The notes below the pieces were generated by a model. The model searched no databases, was not told the DNA's origin, and saw only the letters and a program-made list of their open reading frames with translations. Position numbers and translations under genes: made by a program. Positions 1-14,296 of a stretch of 64,000 nucleotides of DNA are shown piece by piece (within the stretch, counting starts at the first letter, position 1; every line of letters starts with the position of its first letter). This stretch comes from Bugula neritina (Eukaryota; Animalia; Bryozoa): assembly GCA_964035545.1 (NCBI GenBank), contig OZ037765.1, positions 10,302,698-10,366,697 on the forward strand, in the 5' to 3' direction.

Positions 1-2339
1 CTCTAGAACAAAAACTTTGCCTTCCATAAACTCAAAAAAAATCTACTCGATTTCTAAAGTCTGCCTTTTAACAAACTAGCTCTATTTAGCTTTAGAGAGA
101 TAAATTGAGCAAATGAGTTGCCAATTAAAAAGTTGCACAGTTTAATCAGAAATTATCCTAGATTAATATTCATTTGTATTAATATTTATTTGTTTATTAT
201 TTCATTGGTTAATGTTCTGTTATGTTATCAAGGCATGGTCAATCAACATACCATACTGAGCTCAAGTATGCAATAAAAAACTATGAAGATGCTTCAAAAG
301 TGCTAAATCTACACAACAACAGTAGATGAGTATCAGAGAGAAATCTGAAGAGCTATAAATAGCTTTATCTTATTTTTGGCCCAAAAAGTAAAAGATACTT
401 ATAAGTATTTACAAAAATACAATTTACATACTTAAAAATGGAAGCTGTATAGTTGGAGGTAGGTGCAGTAATGGAAAAATTGAAAAAAGCCTGTGTTATA
501 GATTAGAAATGTAGCAAGAGAAGTTATGGACTCAAGAGAATTTCAACCTATGCCCCAAACCAAAATTTATTATGCAAACTAAGGAACCCACTTCAAAAAA
601 TTTTCCCACTATTGTACCTAAATGGTGAACTTTAAGGGTGCCGCAGGTCTTCTATGTGATAAAATATTAACAATAAAAACTGGGTCATAAAATAATTTGA
701 TTAAAATTATAAATTATAATAATTTATCATTTTAATAATTATAACTGATCACATTTTGATATCCAGAACGTTGACAAGAACACAAGTTGGGGGCAAAAAT
801 TAAAAAACCGAAACGGCAAGACTAGGACTTTCTAGGAGTAAAACAGAAGAGTGAGTTTCAAACTTGGAAAAATGGAATGGGTGATTATCTATCAATTTCA
901 TTGCGAGTTTAAATAATTACTGTTCGAAATGATGGGGAAAAAATAGAGTAACGATAATGATTTGCTAGAAGTGAAGCAATCAAATAAAAATATTGTTATC
1001 CTTGAGACAAAAGACATCATTTGACTTTAAAAGTAACTATGCTCGGTCATACAATAAAATTAATGATTGAGACACACATCTTGTCACAGATATGAGAAGC
1101 AATTGTAAGTGACAGACACAGTTGCTGCAAATAATTGAGCTTAAAAATTTGCTGAAGCACCGATAGGCATACACTATATTTAGATCAATATGTTGAACTT
1201 TCAAAGTTATGACTGTGAACATATTTACCATCAAACATTTATTACACAATGAAAACTGAGTCAGCTGTTTCATCTATGCACTACTGCTTTTCAATTTTAT
1301 TACTGCACTCCAGTATGTCATTTTATTGCAATTGTTGAAATATTTTTAGCAAATATATTCAAACTTCAATAATATGCAATAATTTTAGCTGATTAAACAA
1401 TTTCTTTACTTTAAAATGAACAAGGACTTGGGCTTACTATAGAGAATGAGCATTAATATATATATGTTGGGTTTAAAGTAGTGTATGTAACTATTTTCCA
1501 CAAATTTAGTTCCTCATTGATTTAATAGTTACTTAACTTTGACCAAGTTTAAAGCAAATGTGTAAAAATGAGCACAAGGACCTCTAACTTGAGTTTAATA
1601 GACACACTAACAGTAAGGCAATCACAAGAAAACTTATTAACTTATATACAAAATATTATCTAATTCTATAAATGTCAAGCTTTTCCAATCTCTGACACTG
1701 ATTTAGAACATTTACAGTGTTGCTGCAGGGTAACTGTGAACCAGTTTAATGACATACTATTAACTAAACTATTGACTCAAAATTTAAACTGAATACCATA
1801 CTCATTGCAACAGGTGTTTACATTGAACTTCAGAAAAATTTCATATGTTAATTTGGAATCACTAAGTGAAACATTGAAATGAAGCTCAGTATTATAAATA
1901 TTAATGATTATCAATCAATAAATAAGTACGAAAAATTAAAGGCTTTCAACATAATTATAAAGTCCAAAGTCGAAATCATTAACAACACATTAATGATTAA
2001 AGTGATTCCCAATTAACAATTCAAACTAAACCTAATGTGTCCAAATGTTGTAGCTTCTATTGACTATGACTACTACACTTGTCTCTTTTAATTATTGTAG
2101 CCATCATTATTTTATTAAGGAAATAATATATTTACTATTTAGCTGGTATCTTAACTGAAAGATCAAATATGAAATAAAAATTACTATTATAATACAAATA
2201 TTAACTATAATTAAAATGCAAATCTTTATACGTATTACTTAGTCTTATACAAATATGAATATTCTAATTATCATCATTGATTATCGTTGTGAAGTTAACA
2301 TCATTATGGTTATATTTTTTATTTTACCATTACTGATTT

Positions 2340-2680
2340 CCTACTACTGAATTACTATTACTATTAGTATTACTCAAGGCCAAGTCATAATAATAATGAT
2401 AGTCATAATGAGAATCAGTATTAATAATCACATTCACTGTACAGTCACAGTGTGAGTGTATCCAGGCAGTATGAGTATGAGTATCACTATCGGCATAGCA
2501 GTGTCACTGTGCGTGTGAGTGTTACTCATACCGTTACTGTGTCTGTTACTGTTAAACTTAGTGTAATTTACTGTTGGACTTAGTAGTCACTGTTACTGTT
2601 AGTGTTACTGTTAGACTTATCACTTAGAGTTAGACTTAGAGTTACTGTTAGTGTTAGTGTACTCCGTACTCATACTGCCA
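2340..2680. repeat. Cryptic low-complexity tract of A-N-T triplets / GTTACT-GTTAGT hexamers
   Basis: Runs such as gttactgttagtgttactgttagac and attactattactattagtattact. Confidence 0.7.
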
Positions 2681-3454
2681 CTGGTGACCTATTTTAGTAT
2701 CTAACAAGGAGTGGAAGACGAATAAGCTCATGGTAATTTTAAATTCATGACTTGATACAGAGTTACAGATTTATTATCAATAAAACACGTATCTACATAC
2801 ATAACATATTGATGAAATCATGTATTTGTAGCGACCAAAACTAAAACTGTATGAAAACTAAATTCAGGGTATCCACCATAATGATAACAGAAGTCAAGTA
2901 TTTCCGACAACATAAAAATGTAGTTCGATAAAATATTATTCACTTTTCAACAACTTAAAGAGATATTTTTAATAAAATAATATAATGTATGTATTTATAC
3001 TTTACGTTTTTAGGTAGTTGTATTATGCAATTGAACAATTTTGTTAATTGAAAATTGAAATAATACAATGCTCATTCAAAGTTATGGGTCACAGCTTTAC
3101 GGAATACGCGAGCAACAAACTAGATGCTAAGAGTTTTCTTTACTTGTGTTCCTTGTTTCGCTTTTTATGATTTGCGGCTGCTACCAAGAGACAACTCCTT
3201 CTTAGCAAAGAGGTAATGCGTTAGCGAATTATTTGTTAACCAATCATATGTAACCTATTACCTCAATTGCCCAATCCAATTGCGAGATTTTCACAACCCT
3301 ACTATATGAACGTTGATGACTTCAGAGAAGAAAGAAGAATTATACATAAGTATTTAAGGTTGCACCTTCAGCAATCAACATATTTTTCTCCCTCACTGTC
3401 TGTTACTTTGGTATCTGCTGCTGTAGCTTTGTTGAATGAGAAAATACCTTGAAG

Positions 3455-4240
3455 ATGGATTCTACATGCACAGACTTGCATCAGGACTATAATGCAATGC
3501 AAGTAGGTTATTCACATTCTCATTCTGGAGTTTCAAATGGCAATGGTCACACTGCCGACCATGAGTATTCGTCACTGCATGACATGATAGACGTTGACAT
3601 AAACTCGAATGTAGAATCTATGTATCCACAGATAGACATTCCAGTTGGCAAACCAGATGTCACTAGCAGTACCTCAGACATGTTTATCTCAAATTCCGTC
3701 CCGTCTACCACTCAGCTTCCTCCAATCTCTTCAACTCAGCAGATTGAAGACCTCGACTCTTCAGTTTCCAACTTGAGTTGGCTACACTCAATGCAGCAGC
3801 AGATGCCAGAGTCCAATGGAAACCCAAATCTATTGGTTAATCCATCAACTGTCACACCAAACTCAAACACACAGCCAATTAGAGTTGTGACATTGCCAAG
3901 CAATGTTCACATTTCCAACAGCGGAAACATCAAGTATGTAACAGTTCCGACCAGCAAGCAGCAAGTATACATCTCTACAACAAAGTCAACAATGTCCTCT
4001 CAGCAATATGGCTCATCCAGGCCTGCCCTCAGCTACCAACGAAGTTACAGTCACAGTCCAGGCTCCTTACCCACTTCTACAGTTCCTGATAACCCATACC
4101 CTAAGCCTGCGTATTCTTACAGCTGTCTCATAGCTCTTTCTCTCAAGAACAGCCGACGTGGCAGTCTACCAGTTGCTGAGATCTACAGCTTCATGATGCA
4201 GAACTTTCCATATTTTAAAACAGCTCCAGATGGGTGGAAG
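3455..4240 (+). CDS. FoxN1/4: FoxN1/4 first coding exon (N-terminus and first half of forkhead domain)
   Basis: ATG at 3455; ORF runs to ...FKTAPDGWK followed by donor GTGAGA at 4241. Confidence 0.95.
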
Positions 4241-7200
4241 GTGAGAGTTACAGCTGAGTATTTACTTTTAGTTATTAAAACATAAGCAATGTAACTCGTT
4301 GTTACTTTTTTTCTGTTTTTGTGTCAATTAAAGATAATTTTGCATTCGTCAGTAAGTGCCTAGCTGTAATTGTTAAAATAATATAATATATTTTTTATTA
4401 CATTATTTGTCTTAAAACTTTGAAACTGGCAATAATCTCAAAATGGCTGAAAAATACTAAATTATTTTTAGGCAATGGTGTTAGCTTTATCACAACTTGA
4501 ATTTAAATTCCAATGTTTATTTCTCTACTTTATTTATACTGAAAGTTAAAATCAATTTTCACTTGATACTTTACAAATCATCAGTTTTATTTACTATTAA
4601 AAATATTTTTATTAAATCTATGAAAGTTTGCAAAATTGATTAGGAAAGTTAAATCAAATTGTAATTTATATATAAAATGTAGAAAAAAGGCTTCAATTTA
4701 TTTCGTAGAACAGCAGGCTATTTGGGCGTTGAATCTTTTCTTTATGGCTATTTGTTTGCTTTTTACAAGATTTTGTCGGCTCAAATCTCAATGTGCTAAT
4801 TAAAGATTTCTTTGTTTAGTAAAGTGAACAACAAATTGATTTTAATCGTAATTGTGATTTTCCGGGTGGCTGCAGAGTGTTTTGGGCCCAGTGCATATAA
4901 AGCATATTTAGGCCATATGTGAACTAGATTTCTCTTATCTCTATTGTTTGAGCAATTCTAAACCAATCTTTTGTAAGTGATATTTAGACAGTAGTAAGTA
5001 AACAGTGAGATATAATATTCAATAAAAGAAAACATTGGCCCTTAACAAAAGGCGTATGAGATGCAAGTATTCTTACTTGGTAACCAAGGCAGCTCATATG
5101 GAGCAACGCAAACAAAAAATTTGCTTAAAGATATTGTTCTTTTGTAATATGGGTGGGTATGATATTAAATGAATTGATCAGCCATTAATAAGTTGATAAT
5201 ATTATGGAGTAAACCTTTTATTTGCCTTTTAAGATTATCGTAAGACTGACTGGTCAAATTTTCTTTGTTTTCTTTTAGAACTCCGTCAGACACAATTTAT
5301 CTTTAAACAAATGTTTTGAAAAGATTGAGAACCCCAACTCCGATGGTACCCATTCAAGGAAAGGGTGTCTTTGGGCAATGAACCCATCCAAAATTAAAAA
5401 GATGGACGAGGAGATTGCCAAGTGGAATAAAAAAGATCTACATGCAATAAAACGCAGCATGTCTAATCCCGGTTAGTACATGTAAATAAGCAAAATTAGT
5501 TAAAGCTGCAAATATAAAAAATTATTAGAAAATTGACTAGAGTTTTTAATATTAGAGCATATTTGCTATTTATTACACGTATACTGAATATTATATTTAA
5601 AAAGTTGCTCGAGTAAGATTAAAAGATAGATGTAATTTTGTGATTTCATAAATTGTATCAAGCTTGCACACCCACTACTATGCCCCCCATCAATAATTCA
5701 ACAGTACATACTTGCAATTTCACATATAGTATGCACTTGCACAGCGTCACTGTAATTGAAATAAAGGGCAAGCTGAATGTCATAATCCACAAATTTCCCT
5801 AATGATTCACGCATGGCACGACCTGCAACCAGGGATGTAGTGGCAAAAATATTTTAGGCCATACTCTCAGGCCGGGGGTCCAGGGGGCCGCCCAGGCCCC
5901 CGGCGGGGTCCGGGGCAGCGCCCCGGCCGCCGAAGCCCTCAGAGCGCTTTTGATGCAAATTTATGCAATTTAAAGCCATTGTAAATCATAATTCTTCTGA
6001 AAAACATCTTTGTTGAAATGTGTACCTCGCTATTTTTTTCATACCATACCAGCTACATGACGACTGGGCATTGCTGCAAACTATATAAATATTCAGTCTT
6101 GTCCCATACCTGTTGACTGTAATGTAATGTAATGTAGTCTTACTCAACTGCAGTTAGGTTTGTTCTGACACTAAGTCCAACCTGTACAGAAAAATTGCTG
6201 GATATCTCAAAAAGATGGAAGGATAGAGGCAGGTAACAAGTGCTCTCCAAATGCAACCTGATTACTTTAAATAACTAATACACTGCCGTGCACAGAAAAA
6301 GAATAATAGATCAAAACTGAGGAAGATTGCTAATCAGAAAATGTGTGTTGGTTATTTATAAAGAGCAATTTGAATTGATAACTCATTGGCAAGCAGAAAT
6401 TGGTTAAAAACCTATTTGGAGTTTATTAGAGTACTAGTCTAATCCATAAGGTGATACCGCCACACCTCCTTACACACAATAAAGCACACCCAAGAAGAGT
6501 ATGTTAACTTGGCTTTAAAATAAAACCCCTGAGCTTCCGCTAGATACATCAAGGAAATATACCCCAAAAGAACAAATTTGACAGGTTTAATATGTGTTAA
6601 CCTAGAAGATGATTAAATGTAAAGCCAGATGTTAGTACAATCAAACATAAGAGGTTACTTATGATGGTGTACAGTTTGCAAAACCTTATTGCATTAATAA
6701 TTAACATGCAATAACGCTAGGTTTTTGACCAAAATGTGTATATAGTACCTGTAGACCTCAGTGATAAATTTTCATTAGCCTCTCCTACACACCTGGTACT
6801 GTTTCTTGAAGAAATTTTGATTTTATTTCTGGATTTCATGTTGGTTTTTTCCAAATTCCATTGCTTATTGACAAAATGCAAGTCTACACAAGATAGATAA
6901 GGGCAACCTTCTAGCTGTCACAGCCTTGCTGAGGCCACATTATTAGTCGCGCAAAATAAAACCTCACTTAATTGTGCTAGAATTAAAAGTTAAAAACCAT
7001 GTTTTAGATCTTCCTGTTCCTCAGAGCACCTGCTTTTTTAGTTTTAAATATTTTTTTGCAAAGTTAGACAAAAATCTACCCATTTTTGGCCAATTTGGCC
7101 TGAAAAATTTATTTTTCAATCCCTGCCAAATATCTCAGCAGAAAAGCATGGTATTCGAATAGAACAAACACTGTCGGAAACCTGGGAAATTTATGCATGG

Positions 7201-10200
7201 CAAATTTTTTGATCTTTTCAATAGCCTTCATAGATTTTCTACAAGTTAGTGATTTATACACTGAAAATGAAATATTTTTTCCTTAGTAATCACCAATGCA
7301 CAGCACTTCGCGCTTCAATGAACATGTAGAGATGAGAAGATGGAATGTTGATAGCTGCATATTATTCATAGTGTAATCTCAGGCTAAACAATCACAAGTA
7401 GGCAACACGCATGGCACCCACACAGCATTAACATGACAAGAACTTGAATTAGATTGTAAGCGAAATTTATGATATTCTCAGTGAGGATGCCCAAACTATC
7501 CTGTGCACTAACCATCTTTCAAAAATAATTATGCCCATACGGGCGTATGGCCTAGAACAGTCTATTTTCTTCTAGGCCATACGGCGTATGGGACCGTATG
7601 GGTACCACTACATCCCTGCCTGCAACTAGTCACATTAGTAATACTAAAGACAAAAGACCAGCAGCATTATCGCCAGAAAATCAATACGTGATCATGAATC
7701 ACTCATTACTCTCTCACTTAATTTAAAGTTGTACTGCACAGAGTAAAATTACCTATTCATGGTCCTCAGAGACTTTATGCTTGGCTAATAATAAATCAAT
7801 AGTTTAGTCATTTATTTTCAGAACTATTGCTATTTATATACTGTGGAATAATATAGTTTGATTATAAAGAATCATTGTGTTATGTCTTATATAAATACTG
7901 CTGCAAAGTACAAATAATAAGCAGTTGATATTTAATGGCTGAAAGTTCTTTTGTAACTCTATAATATATTAAAACATTCAAGTTATTTAGAAGGTAATCC
8001 GGTTTTGCTCTGAAATTTAGTAACCTGAAGTACAAATATGCAATAAATCCCAAATATATCTGTCTGGTTACTAGGGTTTAATCTTAGTAAACTTAGATTT
8101 AAAGCTCATTATATAAAATTCAAAATTTGCCTAATTGCAGGCCTTAAAAATATCGTTATAACCATTGAACTATAACCTTCTATATAAAGGAAGTTTTAGT
8201 TCATTGGTTATAACCTTGCAGCATTACTCACTATTGCATGTTTTAACAAGGTCTGTACACTTTTAGATCTCCTAGACACTCTGACAAAAGGACAGGGAGC
8301 CTATCTAATGGAAAGAGCAAGGCCACTCCGCCATAGTTACCAAACCAGTCATCTCGCCCATCGGCCAGGCGTGAGAATCGTCACAGCAATACAACCGCCT
8401 CACAGTAACAACGGTAATGGTCATCAACACCTAACTATCGGTCAAGGTCAAATATTTGACAAGCAGCAATACGTGGACCAGCCAATAGACCTCAACAAGT
8501 TGGCAGAAGAGGCGGCTGACCTGTTCGGGGAGCATGATGATCTTGTGTTGGACCCCTCACTTTCGGAGTTTGCCTTCCAGGTAAATAAATACTTACACCT
8601 AATATAACTATTAGTCATAAAACTAATTCTGTGAATAACCAAAAGATGTAAGCATTTCTGGACTAGAAAGTAAGGATGCTATAGCACACTAGTAATGACA
8701 AAGTGGTAGCATTTATTTCTACTCCAGTTCTATATCTTTTAGTCATCAACAAATTGCCAGCATTTACTTAAAGCAATAACTAGCTTTAAAGAATTTTAGC
8801 CTCATATTTAAATGTTCCATCCAAATGAAAGAAATTTTAATTGTTTTAAAATGTTTTCTTAGCTTGAGTGTTGGGCAAAGCAAATAATTTGTAACACATT
8901 GCAAAAGGTTTTAACCCAATGTAAATGTGTGATTTGGCAACTTTTGCAAGAACTATGATAAAAGCATTCTTTTTTCTCTAAATATTTCGAGTTTATCCAT
9001 TGTGATGAGCACACTCTTTCAACATGTTAATGTAGTCATTATCATGCCCATCTGCTCCTTGCTGAAAGTAATTCATATAGACTTTTGCGAAGAAACAATG
9101 GGGACAGCAGTGATCTATATTACCTCTTCATCATCTACACACTTGTCTTGAATAAGGAAGGTGCAGACACAAAAGTGTTATGAGAAAAGAATGCAGATGT
9201 TTTTATCAGCTATCAAGAAGATTATTTTAAACATAGTACTAGCAAGGAACAAAACTAGTGAGGGCAGTTTCTACTAGATTATCGATCCATTCACTGAAAT
9301 AGCACAGAGTTCTTTGTTTGGTATTGGGACCTAGACTTAAATTATTGATTACAACTGTGCAGCAATAGTGAGAGCTGATCTGGTATCAATGCTTGTAAAA
9401 ATCTATTGTCTACAGAATAACAAATCTATATATTTTTGAATATGACAGTTATAACAATTATACAGTCGAATATAACACACATGAGTAAAGGCACCTTACT
9501 ATATAACTAGTGAAAGGTTGTAAAATGCACTAACATTTGCTGTTGGTTGGGTTAATTGGCTGCGTGGTGCAACCAAACAGCCATTTAATAATGTATACCT
9601 AACTTTATCAAGAGCTTCTTTGTTTAGTATTTATACTACCGATAAGAACAAATTAATTGGAAATCATGTTTCTTGAGTTGAAAGTATATTTGAAATGCAT
9701 GTGGGGAGATAAGCGCACATCAAATATTAGCTGCATATGGGTATATTGCAAACACACACACACACACATATATATACACATATATACACATACACACTTT
9801 AAATTAATGGGTTTGACCGTATTGATAAAGCAACGGTTTTTCTAATGTTTGTACAATGTCAGTAATTTCAATGGACTAATTCAAATTTATGAAAAGTGCC
9901 AACCAGTCTACAAATTTACATAATGAATCTAGATTATTCAATCACAAACCCATGTTTATTTTGCTTTGAAAAACCAGTTGAGCTCAGATTTTAAAAACAG
10001 GTTCATTTAGACATAATGAGAACTGGTACTACGGAATGCAGCCCCATTGTTAACACTGGACTCCATGTTTTCTTTCAATCCTCTACATGAAAAGGGTCCC
10101 TTCTCCTCCCATAACACCTTGTAATAATATTCAGTTTTGCTAAGATAACATCAGCAATTCTGATCCAATAATGTTATTTACAGATGAAAGACTCTTTCTC

Positions 10201-11837
10201 TATATACCTGCATGCAGGATCATACAAATAATATTGACTTATCATTTATGTAGATTATATATCATTATATGAAATTTAATAACTGGAACATCTGTGGAAC
10301 ATTGGAACTAAATTGATGACGTCTTTTAGATTTAAACATGCAAATATTTGCAGTGTTAAAAAGTTCGAATTGATACCAACACTTCAAATAATGTCACTCA
10401 ATCCTCATGTAATGATAGCTAATTTAGTGTCATCAAACTAGTTGTTATAAAGTTCCTGTTTCATGCAAAGCAAATTTGTAAATTCTTCTTTTATTTACTT
10501 AGCCTGAGCACCAACATATTAGATAAACTGTGACCCTGAGAATATTTTGACCGGCTTTAAATGGTTTTCATGCAGCAGAGTGCTGTGCAAATAACTAAAT
10601 TTTGAAATTGTGATGATCCTGAAGTTTTGCAGCTCAAATAAGTTTGATTTCCATGGAAATTCTTTGTTGGCTTTGTGTTAAGTGCTTACTTTGCGTTACA
10701 CAATGAACTAATTTCAAGCCTCTTAATATTTTGTCTTCGTTGAACTATAATATATAAGCTTTACTTAAACAACACTTATGTGTCCCATGTCACTAGGCTT
10801 ATTTGAATACCTTATTTAACTAGTATAGGTATTACTTTCAAAATTAAATGGGCAATAGTCGGTCAATTTGTTATTGAATGTCTAGAATATCAAGGAGTCA
10901 TTAGTCTCCCCTGTTGTGTGCATTATGAGAATTTGCCTCAATTCCTATGTCAGTGTCATGGAATATTCAAGAAAATAGCTGCATGCTAGAATTACCAAAC
11001 CTAATTAATGTTGCTTTACTGGGGAGTCCAATTTCTAAACCTCGACTAAATATTCCTGATATTTCTAATTATTTAAAAGCGGAACCTCTGATAAAGGTCC
11101 ATTTTTAGATTATAGCTTCAGTTTATAGGTTTCTGGTTTGAAATTTATTGTTTTATTTCGCAAGAAGACAACTTCTTATACTGCAAGTATCTACTAGAAG
11201 TAGTGTTAGTTAAAAAAGCTGCAATTCTGTACTTGCCTCACATATTACAGTTTATCTTGTTGAATCCCTAATGGCACACGTCTTAATATTTTGTATAATT
11301 TCAGCATTCTGGGCTAGAAGAGTTTACCAACGATTTGCTTGACCTTCCACCCCTCAACCACACTAACTCTCCAATGACGAGCCCAATGAAGTCGCAGGTA
11401 ATATGTTGCTAATACACTGTTCTTGGTAATCTTTTAAAGCTATAAGTTGATAGTTTCAATAGGTAGAAGAGTTGAAGCAGAAGTGCAGGTTTCATTAACA
11501 GTTGTAAAAAGAAGTCTAGATTATAAACATAAGCGTCAAATGTTGCTGTTTACACTTCAAACTTTTAAAACTTTAAAGTTTCAGGATTGCATCTAGAATA
11601 ATTTTCAACTTTTGTGAGTTTAATAGTTATAACAGCTGATATTTAAAATATTGCCAAAGTATGTTTTATTGCATACAGCTGCTTCAAACTTGCTCTCACA
11701 GAAGTAGAGCTGTTAGCTTAATTTATGTCTTTGTTTAGTCATGTAAATATTTGTGTTCTCTTTATCTCAACATTAGCTTGGTTCTCTATTACCTGCATCT
11801 ATTACAGGTTTATACAGTCTCTCATATTTACAACTGA
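3455..11837 (+). CDS. FoxN1/4: Forkhead box transcription factor FoxN1/4 (~471 aa, 5 coding exons)
   Basis: Exons 3455-4240, 5279-5471, 8267-8580, 11305-11397 and 11808-11837 join in frame via GT-AG introns. Forkhead domain [19 protein letters not shown]...APDGWK|[17 protein letters not shown]...[23 protein letters not shown]...RSMSNPD is diagnostic of FoxN1/4. Last exon uncertain (alternative acceptor gives 11860-11895). Possible non-coding exon ending 3212 spliced to 3427. Confidence 0.93.
5279..5471 (+). CDS. FoxN1/4: FoxN1/4 exon, second half of forkhead domain
   Basis: TTTTAG|AAC TCC GTC AGA CAC = [15 protein letters not shown]; donor GTTAGT at 5472. Confidence 0.95.
5830..7618. mobile_element. 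Non-autonomous hAT-superfamily DNA transposon (1789 bp) in FoxN intron
   Basis: Perfect 14-bp TIR CAGGGATGTAGTGG (5830-5843) / CCACTACATCCCTG (7605-7618); perfect 8-bp TSD CCTGCAAC (5822-5829, 7619-7626); subterminal CCATAC/GTATGG repeats; no transposase ORF recognised. Confidence 0.92.
8267..8580 (+). CDS. FoxN1/4: FoxN1/4 C-terminal exon
   Basis: Phase-1 join gives SNP-D-LLDTL; in frame with ORF 8308-8607; donor GTAAAT at 8581. Confidence 0.88.
9750..9797. repeat. Compound (AC)n/(AT)n microsatellite
   Basis: acacacacacacacacatatatatacacatatatacacatacacac. Confidence 0.85.
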
Positions 11838-14296
11838 TATCATTTTGTGATATTTTTAGATCTACAATCCAAATGCAGTTCTACCCATTTATTGATTATG
11901 TCATCAACTGATGTTATGACTCGCCAACTTTTGCAGCTGTTCATATTCCGATTCCCAGTCAAGCATTACGCAATAATTATAAATGTTCTAGTTATTTGCC
12001 TTTTGTTGGATTCAGACAGCTCTTCCTGGGAAACAATCTTTTGAAGTATGCAATAACTTTCTAATAGACCTAACTGTATATGTTATCATATTACTGCTTT
12101 TTACATTTTGTATTGTCGTCATTTTTGACAATTAAGGTAAATATCTTTTTTTAAAATAGTTATCAATATCACTTACTTTTAACGGTAATAACCCATTTTT
12201 ATTGACGGAAGTTGAAATAATTATGCGGGTGCTCTTTTAAATAACGACTTTTTACAAAGAGAATTTCAACAATATCCTTCCAAGACCATGTGAGGTGCTC
12301 TTCATGCAATAGTTCCAGGCCCTTCTCATCATTATGTTATAATATTGCTGTCGAGGTGGCATTGGTGCTTATTTATTCTATATACAAGACCAACAAATTC
12401 CGATTCAGCCCACCTAAATCTCACCCAGCTAATAATAGAGTATTATCGCCTTGCAATAAGCCTGCACCCATGGAGGGTTAACTTGTTCAACTCTACAATC
12501 CATTACATGATCTTTGTTTTTTATTATATTAATTATTTTTTGCAATTTTATCATCGAGGAGCAATAGTATTTGGTAAATTATTAGTTCATTCTCCTTTAT
12601 CAATAGTTTCCACGCAATCCGATCCAGCTTCTTTTAAGTATTCATTTATAAAAGTATTTATTGTACAACGTATTTATTATCACATATAATTATTTAACTG
12701 TTTATTATAATTATATTATAAAAATATTTATATTGTTTTGTTGTTCTGCCTGTGTGACTATCCGTGTGATACAACATTTCTCTGTAAAAATTGTGATTAA
12801 TATTCTGCTATTTTATTCACTTCTATTGTCCATATGCTAGAAAATATTTAATTTTAATTTATTTCCATTTCTTTAGTTTTCTTATTCATTACCATCTCTC
12901 AAGTGGTAACTTTTTGTGATACTTTAGAACTGGTTTACAAGACAACTTTTCATTTAATTATTATAATAATTTCATTCAAGGTTATACTTAAGACAACATA
13001 ATTTATATAATCTATATATTTGTTTATATAAAAAAAATATTTATTAATGTTTTTTACAATTGTTTGTGTTGCAAAAGCATTTTAGAAACTGCACTGTTTG
13101 TTTATTTTATAACTATTGTGGTAGCACTAGAATTTCAAGACTATTAGCTTCTTTAATTGTTAGTTTTGTATTATACATAATATTACTTACTATAAATGCT
13201 CTTCTTGTTTGCAATACGATATATTATAAAACTTTTTAATAAACATTTAATCAATTTTTCAGGTCTGGCTTTTGAAATTTATTTTCGATCCTTAGTTTAA
13301 TCAGCTTACTCATAATCAAGGTTTAGCTCACAATATTCTCTAGGTGAAAATATTCTCATAATTATATAATTTCAAATTAAAATGCATAACTTGACTTGAA
13401 AGAAATGTTGAAGCACTGTCAAATATATAATATTCTTGCAACTTTAGAAATAATGAGAGATATAAAAAGGCATATTGCTGCATTCATCATCCATGGTAGG
13501 ACAACAATTTATTTCAATGATTGCACACCATTTTCATTATTAAGGCTTGCATCAAGTTGCATTAGATAATACAATTCTTGCAACACTATACAGTGACACT
13601 TCATGCCATACCTGATATAGGCTGCATGCAACAGCTTTTTCTGTACTTATATAAACTATTTTAATGATCAAGAAAATACAATAAGTAGAATCAATTTTTT
13701 TATAAAACCATTTCATCATGTGTTTTATTTACATGATGCGCCAACATAACTATTTCAAAAACAATATAGACAAACAAAATAGAGACATGGGAATATTATA
13801 TAACCAAATAATCTTTATCAGCATGGACTAGGCGTGAGGCAGATTAATACTGATTATCATTAGAGGTTAGACGAAGCATTGTATATTTATAACAATTTTT
13901 TCATTCTTTCACAATTTTTGCACAATAAAACTTTTACACCACATTATTTGTTGCCTTTGTTCCTAGACCCATTCAGCCTTAAGCAGCAGAACAAGTGCCC
14001 CTCCCTTAAACATCAAGTTGGTAGAACTTTGGCTCTATTTTTGTTACTTGAGTCTCTAAACATAACATCACAAGTGTAAAGGGATCAGAAAAGTTTCGAT
14101 GAAATATTAGTAACGGGCATTATTGTTGTTAAGCCTGTGAATAAAGGTTTGATAAGACATAATATTATAGTTCTTAATGTTTGGGTACATGTCACTGGAA
14201 GTATTTATATCTCGAGATATAAAACTCTTCACCTTTATATTTAAAATATTGGCTTATATAGTTGCAAAGGATCAATTAACTACAAAGCATTTAAAT

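Noticed and set aside
343-370. CTGAAGA-GCTAT..ATAGC hammerhead-like start (also CTGATGA at ~34284)
   Set aside because: Lacks the GAAA box or a pairable helix II/I, so it is not a ribozyme.
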